A DNA stretch of 59,067 nt, counting the filler, from Sphacelaria rigidula (Eukaryota): NCBI GenBank assembly GCA_964200075.2. It is 3 parts of 3 records of this genome, joined end to end, with 100 filler letters (N's around TTAATTAATTAA, not from the genome) between each part and the next. Parts side by side here need not be neighbours in the genome. Positions count along the whole stretch, not along the records: positions 39,457 to 59,067 come from CAXNAA020000639.1; 2 more parts are not named here. One strand, given 5' to 3'. Shown piece after piece: positions 50,371-59,067 of the stretch; position 1 is the first letter of the stretch; each line of letters opens with the position of its first letter. The position numbers and the translations under genes are program-made. A model generated the notes under the pieces. That model was not told where the DNA came from. It worked only from the letters and a program-made list of their open reading frames with translations, and searched no databases.

Positions 50371-51215
50371 GATAATGACGCTGTTTTCTCTCTTTTCCTT
50401 CGGAAATTATTTTTGAACTTCCCAAAAAAACCTTGAGCTGCTCCCCGCAAATCTTGGCGTGAGCGTGAACATGAAACGTTGGCACAACAGCCCTTTGTGT
50501 GTTGCATCAGACCTGAGGTGCAAGCACAAATCAATCTCTGATCCCATTCCCGCGGTCGGAAGTGCATAGCTCGACCCGTAACTGATGATCAAGTGAGCAG
50601 GTGAAAAATTATCTATTTTTCGAAGGCGAGTTCAACCTCATTCTCGTGTTGGACCCCATTTGTGAGGAACGGCTGTTAAGCACTGTCCATAGGTGAAGGT
50701 GCGGAGTACAAGACAAAGAATTAAGGGAAATATGACGCTCTTGGCTTGCGTCGAATGGAGGTTCATAGTTGAATAACAACGATTTCTGTCATACAGGGTC
50801 CGTGTAACTTTTGCACAAGCGGTCGACCCCTCCATCGCGAGCAACCTTGTTGGCCGCTCCTCTTGCAATACTACACTGAACGGACTGCCGTGAAGAAAAA
50901 GATCCCTATATGTACAGTACATGAGCAAGAGCTAACGCTAGGCATCATGCGATTAAGCGACGAATGTCTGTGCGTGTTTATGTGGGCAAGGTCGTGAAAT
51001 AAAACGCATTTTAGTTACACTCGCTGTGGTGCCTATGAGATTTTCAGACCTTATGTGTTTCGGTCTGCGTCCAGTGCCAAGAAAAACTCTTTTCTTCGGG
51101 AGGGGGGAACTGCATCTGCGTTTGCTGATTATGACCCCATGTGGCCGTTGTGGACAAACAAACTTTGACTCAAGTTTTTATGGCTTTTTGTCATGTCCCA
51201 TCACAACCCAGGCTC

Positions 51216-51540
51216 ATCACTCGATTCCGGGACGGGAATTTCCATACCCTCGAAGGCCAGGAGACGGGACGGGAAATTTTGGGGACTGACGGCTGTCCCG
51301 TCCCGTTCTCACGGCAACCGGTGTGTGTTCCCCCCCACCACGGGCGCGACGGGACCTCTTCTCAATTTAGAGTAGCGATGAAACACAAAAAAAAAACACT
51401 CACAGGCTGTGGTGTACAGCATCCGACAACAGCAGTTGTTTCAACTCATAATAGCGATGGTTCCAGCCCGTCCTGCAACTTCGCGAGGGGAAGGAAATTC
51501 CCGTCCCGCCCCATCCCGTCCCGAAGTTCCGTGGAGTGAT
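51216..51540. mobile_element. MITE with CGGGACGGG subterminal repeats; related segment at ~55283-55475
   Basis: ATCACTC..CGGGACGGG / CCCGTCCCG..GAGTGAT ends; motif repeated in both orientations. Confidence 0.65.
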
Positions 51541-53296
51541 GTCGCGATAGCACCCCCCACCCAATCCAGTCCCCACAACTGTCACAAGGAAATGGCCATA
51601 CAGCGCATGTTAGCTTGTTTTAGACTTTGTGAAGCCCCTCATATGGGCGATATTGGTGAAAACGATCCCCAAGCATGGCGGTTCCCCAGCCGCTCGGTGT
51701 GCTCGGCTGTGGCGTTTCGGTTCACGTGTAGATTTTGCCGCCTCAAACCCGCCATGTTCCTGATGGAGGCTATCGCAGCATATGTCCGTGACAAAACCCT
51801 AGCTACGATAATCGTGCCCGTTCATCCGATAACGAACAAAGTTCTCGTAAGATTGAGGGTCTCGGGTACGATTGAGAGTGAGAAGTGGTCAATTAATGAA
51901 TGAAATAGCTTGAGTTCTCAAAGACCCCTCCGGGCCTGCAGCTTAATGCACACGACAGTGTTACAGGAAGTGAAAAACACGCACAAAAGAATGAACAATT
52001 GGCCGAGTTAGAGCGAATAACGAAACCCCCTCTCCATCACCTCAAGACTTTCGATTCCACGAAAACATTGTTAAGCGTGATTATTCATCCTTTCGTACGA
52101 AATGAAAGAAGGGGTTATGGGAGGGATCGGAGCCAGAAAATTGACAACCATGTTCCCACATCTCACGTGTGCAAGGACTTACTCAGGTTTTTGTCAGAAT
52201 AAACAGGAATCTCCGTTCTGTTGATATATAGATTGCCCTGTGTCCAGGGCGCCTCCAATTTTAATTTATTTTGGTGATTGTGATATGACGTTGCGGTCTC
52301 GGGTTTCGGCGGTGAAACCGGAGTGGTCTCGGCTGGGCCCTTCTACTCTTAAGTGCAAAGGTCTGCCCGTAACTTGTTGTGTAATTTACACGTGGTATCT
52401 ACCTTCTACGGTTCGGACGAATCATCGCCGATTCGAATCACCAAATCCACGATTTCCCAGGTCTGATTGCCCGAAAGAGAGAAAAGGTCGACCGCTGGTC
52501 AAACAGGTCTCCACGCACCGTTTTTGCCGTTCCACGTGTCTGGGCTATGCGTACCTGGGTTGCAACGCTGAAAACAGAGTCTAAGGATTGATTCGTACAG
52601 TACGAATCAATCACACTAAAAATCGAATGATTTCCGGACGAACCATTGATTCGTCCAACCCTTGCTATCTTCGCACGGTAGGCAGTAGAGGGACTGGTGG
52701 ACTCGTTTCAGTACCAAAACGCCCAGGTATTTATCATAATGTAAATGCTTCATCTTGTGTCTCGTTCGAATCACGTGTTTCATACTGCCTGTACTGCAGT
52801 ATGGTTGCGTCCTTGCATTCCTTGACAAAAACTACGCTTCCCGCGCCTCGTACACAGTTCATGATAACCAGAGCATGTCGGTGGCGTATATATAATGCAT
52901 ACAATATCCGTTTTCGAACTGGTACGGTATATACTATTTGGTACAACACGCAGCATGCGGGGGTTCTTTCGAAAAACAATTGATTCACCACAATCCAAGT
53001 GCAACAACGATGGACTCGCTGGCATCTCTCTGGGGTGTTTTGGAATAAGGCGTGATGAAACATGAGGAGCACTACCGTGAGGGGCTGCCACAGGGAAGTA
53101 CAGCGCTTTGGTGCACAAGCGCGCTGGCACGATGTCGACAACACGGGAAACGCTAGCGCGCGTGATGCTCGAAAATAACGCTCTCCGCGTGTGCAACTTA
53201 ATTCAATGATGATCATTTCGTGATAGTTATAGTGAAGTGACGGTTCACAACTTCATTATCACGAGAAATCACGCGCCCTTCTAATCGAATATGCTA

Positions 53297-53530
53297 GGGT
53301 GGGAAACAAGTGATACAAGGACGGTAAAACAGCACGCGAACAGACCAGCGACTTCAAGGAGGGCGGCAACCACACGCAAGGGGGTATGGTTATTGTCGGA
53401 GGTCGAAACGCGGACCGCCTTCCGCACGAGAAGGAGAAGAAGCAACAGCAGCAGTATCAGCAGCATCTTTACTGCCAGTAGATGTACGCGGCTGGGGGTG
53501 GGTCTAAATCAGCCAGTGCCGACACTGCTG

Positions 53531-53561
<31 letters not shown>

Positions 53562-54300
53562 CGATTTTCCTCATGGGAGAGACGGTCCGCGTTTCAATCG
53601 TGCTACAACACCCACGCACCTTGCACGTGATAGCCACCATGCCGGAAAGCGCTGGTCCGTACTGCCCGCTCATAAGTCAATGCTTCCTCACCAGGCTAAG
53701 TGCTAGGAGATATAGCTGTGCGCATCTTTCTGTGCGAGCTGTGCACATCAGGTGTGTCTGGCAAGCGTGGCGGCTGCTCGTGATGGCGTTGAGAGAATAA
53801 AGCCAGCGTCCAATACAGGGGAAAGCAAGTGATACGTACTCGTACTGAAATGCTGTAGTGTACTGATACAATATGAGGGTAACAACACGCAAACAGATCA
53901 TAATCGATTTAAAGTAGGGAGGAGGAAATAACACACCAGGTACATGCGTATTGTCGCACGTCGAAGCGCGGACCGCCTCCCGCACGAGAAGAAGAAGCAG
54001 CAGCATCTGTATTGCCAGTAAATGTGTACAGCTGGGGGTGGTTCTGAATCAGCCGGTGCCGATGCTGCTGCTGCTGCTGCCCTTCATCGTAAACGGTCCG
54101 CGTTTTGACCGTGCGACAACACCCACGCACCTTACGAGTGACAGCGACGGTGCTGAACAGCGCTGGTACGTACTACCCGCCGATGGGTCCATGCTTGCTT
54201 ACCCGGCGAGGTTGTGGCAAGTATAGCTGTGCGCATCTCTGTAGGAGCTGTGCACGTGGAGTGTGTCTCCCACGCGTGGGTACTGCTGGTGATGGCGTTG
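53297..54300. repeat. Two tandem ~520-bp units, each an imperfect hairpin with CAG/CTG inner arms
   Basis: Units start at ~53297 and ~53817; GAAACGCGGACCG..(CAG)n / (CTG)n..CGGTCCGCGTTT in each. Confidence 0.85.
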
Positions 54301-55570
54301 AACCCAGCGTGGCTACTGCTAGTGATGGGATCCCAACTGTCTGTCCCATGAACAGCCCAACAGCCCACGCTTTGCAACCGTGCGTGCTCCTAGCTTGAAA
54401 AAACCCTGCATATTTGAAATTTTTGAAAGTGAATTTGCTTTCGGACCTGATATCCCTGGCAGGCGTTCTAACTCAGGCAGTAGACTTTACCGCTGGGTAG
54501 TTCAAGATAGTTCTCGGAAAATTCACGGCTGGTGGACAGGTGCAGTATTGGATTCTAGTCTAGACACCGAAATCCGGATCTTTGACCCTTTAACCCCGAG
54601 GGTAGGTCACCTGCTGAATCGGCATCAATATTCACTTGAAAAAGGTAGGCGTGATCCAGATGGACTACCCTGCTCCTGGCGCGCTCCTAGCGTGCGCAGA
54701 ACGCGTTGCGCCTGGGGCGCCGACTTGAGGTCTGGCAACGCATACTTCGCCTAGGGAACACGCCGCACCTCCTGTGCCCGAGGGTTCTCGGTATGTCTTC
54801 GTTGGGGTTGGAGTTAGGGTAAGGGTTGGGGTAAGTGTTCTTCGAAATACATCAGCACCTGCGCAAACCATAAATTTCCGAGAAATATCTGTCAACTACC
54901 AAGTGGTGAAGTCACCTCGATTTGGAGTATGATGTACTGTACATCATCATTGTACATGGGCACGAAACGCTGGGCCGTGGCTGGGCTTCTCACTCAAGAC
55001 TTCGATTTGGAGGATGATACTAGGCAGGCAGCGGCAACTTCCGTGTGTCCAGGTGCCCCTTGGAGCAGGATGCGTTTGGTGTCCGTTTGACGAAGTTATC
55101 CCCCAAAAAACAAAATCGATAAGGGTTTTAGACTGGGAAAATCTAGCAAAAAAACCATCGCAAGCATCCGATCGCAAGAATCACGACGCAAACACGGAGT
55201 CGCAAAAAACCTCTCGGTCGAATTTTTACCCGCAGCAGAAACCAACTTCACTTTGTGAAATTGGAACTGCCTCGTCCAATCTGACGGGAATTCCCGTGAA
55301 AGCTATCGAGGTTTTTCCGTGAGGACGGGATGGGAACGTGTTCCCGATGGGTGGGGACGAAACGGGACGTCTTCCCGTCCGTAGGAAAACAACGGGACAG
55401 GGCGGAAGCTTTTCCCGTGGCATCGGGACGGGACCTTTTCCCTTCGCCACAAAACACGACGGGACGGGGAGGGAATTTCTGCCTTGTACCGTGCGCTTTC
55501 GTTCAAGCTTCAACACACAACAAAACACGAGAATCCCCTGCGACATCATGTGATTGCCCTGCAGTTTGAA

Positions 55571-55937
55571 GCCGATCGCCCTGGTGGCTTAGTTGGTAAC
55601 TTCGAAACTTTCTGACGGTTGGGTCGTGGGTTCAAATCTTGGTGAAGTCACACGATCTGAGATATCTTCTCACACCATTCCCAACAGTGGAGAGCAAATA
55701 TGTCGTGGGTACACAAAATTTGACGTCATGGTCGACGAGGGAGAGGGACCGCTGAACCCCTTTCGCGACAAAAAAGAAAGCAAGCACCACAGAAGGAAGA
55801 TAGAGTACGACACAACATCAAGCAAACTACGGTGTTGGCCTTCTTCCGGGGTGACCCCGGCTGATACGCCCACGTATACCGAAAGGTGTAGACTGACGTC
55901 CAGAATAGATAGGATGACAATACACACACACACACAT
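55571..55937 (+). mobile_element. tRNA-derived SINE, full length
   Basis: A box TGGCTTAGTTGG, B box GGTTCAAATC, (CA)n tail. Confidence 0.88.
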
Positions 55938-56635
55938 CTATTTTCAAGGTTTCTCAGATGCCCGGCGTCACATGTGTATTTTTCACATGTCCGTATTCCT
56001 GGACCTGTTCAACGATGGCCACTTGAAACTTGTGCCCGGTTCTGGGATGGTAGTGTGAGGTTTCAAATTTTCCCGTCCGATCCAAAGGTGGTTATGTGGA
56101 TGATATTATAGTCCCCATCACCTTGCCACACAGCCCTTTGTGGTTGGGGTGGGCCGTCATTTCCCTCTTTGTTGCATGCGGCATATTCTCTTCGAAGGGT
56201 ATCAGCGTTGCGCCGCGCATACGTATAGCGTAGTACAGTACAGTGCAGTACGCCTCTCCGACTGCAGCAGCAGCTGCCGCTGGATACTCCCTTGCACGTC
56301 CTGGGCAATTATCAGCTACCGAGATCAACTGCCTTTATATCGCTTATTCATCTCCGCCCACTACATACCTGTTCACTGCACACTGCAAGTCATCGGCAGG
56401 GGGATAAGCAAAATTCATGATGACGGTAGCTCCTATTGTCTTTACACGGCCCACCTGGTTTCAGTGCCTCGTGAAGATGACCGCATTGTGGCATGTACAC
56501 GCCTTCCTGATTTTTTCCGTTCCACAAAGTGTGTAATTACTACGTTTTAGTATAGAATTGCGGCCTAAGGGGACGCTCCCGCCCCGCACGCGCCCCACCG
56601 GGCCCCAACTCCAAACCCACACAGGGGAGAAGAGA

Positions 56636-56645
56636 NNNNNNNNNN
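56636..56645. other. Small assembly gap with low-quality duplicated flanks
   Basis: 10 Ns; 56646-56700 is a degraded repeat of ~56511-56565, followed by poly-C. Confidence 0.9.
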
Positions 56646-57028
56646 TTTTTTTTTCCGTCCCAAAAAGTGTGTAATTTCCTCTTTTTAGTAAAAAATTGCC
56701 CCCCCCCCCCCCCCCCCCCCCCCCCTGGAAAAGCTCGGGGAACGCAATACTGAATGCCAGTAATACCATAGAACCAAGCCGCGACCGCCCTGCAAATGGA
56801 AACCTGGGAAGGCCTATCTGGGCCAGGGATGGGGCCCCCACACGATCTTTGCAGTGGTATCACACCCGACAACAATCCCCGCGCTGGTCGTTCGGGTCTG
56901 ATCGATAAATTTCGCCTCGCCGTGATTGGGCAGGTCGCTCGAAGACTTTTTCTTGATTATTTCACCAACAGAGGGTCAACCCTGTGTTAGTGGGGGGCGG
57001 GTCCCAAAAGGGTTAAGCAGCCGAACTT

Positions 57029-58520
57029 TCAAGGATAGCTCGGCGTTGGGTCGGTCGTAGAGTTGGGAGCTATACTCTCGGATACGCGCCAACGCCGCGC
57101 TGATACGGCGGTTGATTTCGATGGACATTTCACATCCACGCTGATGGTTCCATCAAGGTAGATGACCTCCCCCATCTGCTTATACCGTTGACCGGCAGCT
57201 TGGATATCCAGGGCGGCCTCCGTGGGACCGGGTACTGACCAAAGGCGCATGGACTCTGTCTTGCTCTCGGAGACCATCAGGCCAAATTCCTGACAGGTCA
57301 TCACCATCACGGCCGTCATTCAAGCAACGCCTTCTGATATCCTCGAGGCTATGCCGGCGTCGTCCGCATAAAGCATTGCCCACACCGCGCGTCGCACCTT
57401 CCCAGCGGTGTCTCTTCCACGGGTTCACCACTCTCATGTTGTGGCGCATCATCGAGAAATACCAAGTCTGAGACGATCGCTGGGTCCGCCGCAAACCGCT
57501 GAACGATCACTTCCACCGAGCCTGCTCCGAAGATGTTGAACACAGCGGAGACGAAACGCAACCTTGACTGAGTCCCTGGGAGACGTGGAACCACGCTGAT
57601 AGCTGGCCACTATCTAGCTGTACCCGAGCTCGCATGCCGTCGTGAAACATACGCATGATCGTGGTCATTCGCGACGGGACTCCGAGCCGAGCACGCACTT
57701 CCCACAGGAGCGTGCGGTCTACGGAATCGTAGGCTTTCTGTAGATCGATGGAGCACATGTTTATTGGGACATCGCACGCCCGTCCCAACTTCTGGAGTCG
57801 GCGTACTACGAACATCATGTCGGTGGTCGACCTTTGGCGCCTGAGTCCACACTGCTCTTCCGGGAACACATCTGTTTTCTAACGAAAATTACCGAGCCTG
57901 TTGGCTACGATTTTGAAGAGAACTTCAACAGTATGTGCCACACGTGAAATGCCTCTGTAGTTACCGCACTGGGTCCAATTTTGTTTTTTTGTAGCATTTT
58001 GATAGTGACATCTATTCATTCTAGCCGCACCTCGCCAGATGTTCAAACCGCAGAGACTATGCTGTGGAAGTGGTGCAGAATGTCCGACGCCTCCCCGTCC
58101 AGTCCAAGCTTCAGAATTTCAGCAGGAATACCATCAGGACCGGTTGCTTTGCCATTCGACATAGCTCCCAGAGCCTCCTCAGTTTCACTTGAGCTTGGTG
58201 GGTCTCCTAGTGACAGCGCTATTGGTCCTTGACCAATCTTCTCGATGACGGTTCGGTCGATAGTTGCCGATATGTCGTTGAGCAATGTAGATAAGTACCG
58301 TTCCCATCTCCCACTGATCAAACCTTTGTTCCGCAGTAAATTGCCGTCCTTATTTCCAATGTAATGTTCACTCTCGATTGGTCGTCCAGACAGTCTCCAT
58401 CCTTCGTTGAGACGTCTGTATCATCCTTTCATGTCCCCCGCTCGAGTATACGCCTCTAGTTCTCTAGCATACACATCCATATATTTGTCCACTCCAACTT
58501 GGATCACCTCTTGAATTACC
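57029..58520 (-). mobile_element. RTE-like LINE internal fragment (RT region)
   Basis: KATGPDGIPAEILK, EEQCGLR, IDLQKAYDSVDR, QGLSQGC; paralogous to 12880-14500. Confidence 0.92.
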
Positions 58521-59067
58521 ATTACCGAAATGAGAAATACGGCTAGACAGCGAAGTAGTCCACCTGTAGGGGAACGAAGTGACTATTTTGATGGCCGTGA
58601 TTGGTCAGAATGGTCACTCCCCTCCTCTTGGGACTCCTTCTTGACTTTTAATTTTCTGTGGGAAACTTCCATACACACATGGTTGACTTGGTGAGCTTTT
58701 TGGCTGTCCTGCAAACAGGCCCACACAACCTGTCAAAAACCACTCCCCGCCCAGGAGTGCCCAAAACAAAATGCGAGGCCCTATGCCGATTTTTTTAATC
58801 CCAGGTGTTTTCGGGGGGGGGGGGAATTACTAAATCCCACACATAAATAAAAAATGAAAAATAAAAAGTATATAAAGAATAAAAATTCGTGTTAATGAAG
58901 CTTTAATTCTTCGCATACATTCGGAGCCAAGGCCAAGTTATATTCATGAGTCTCGGCACTACATTGCACATCACACTTCCACGACAAGAACAAGACCATA
59001 CAAATACCACAATGATCTGCAATGCTTGCTCAATCAAGCTTAACGCATCTATCTGCACCGCCAATTT

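Noticed and set aside
55571..55650. tRNA gene
   Set aside because: It is a SINE head: A and B boxes are present, but there is no proper acceptor or anticodon stem and it continues into the SINE body.
56511..56725. Duplication and poly-C around the small gap (also poly-C at ~39267-39305)
   Set aside because: Typical low-quality read ends at contig edges.

Overview
Eukaryotic, repeat-rich genomic DNA, most likely from a brown alga (inferred from short GT-AG exons in long introns, the TE families and the FNIP gene; not proven). It has three assembly gaps, two with an artificial TTAATTAATTAA spacer. Two host genes can be assembled by hand on the minus strand. The first is a paraoxonase/arylesterase-like gene (6-7 exons, 1227-10827, running off the window start) with a ~220-aa low-complexity insertion inside the beta-propeller. 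The second is the 3' part of an FNIP-repeat gene (41617-46453). The rest is mostly decayed mobile DNA: a 5'-truncated Ty3/Gypsy element whose integrase carries a chromodomain plus a further Tudor-like segment, RTE-like LINEs, a second LINE family with C-rich tails that stacks head-to-tail, tRNA-derived SINEs, Tc1/mariner- and hAT-type MITEs, a probable Helitron, several long foldback palindromes, and mini/microsatellites. No CRISPR array, rRNA or intact tRNA was found. All alignments and family calls were made by eye.
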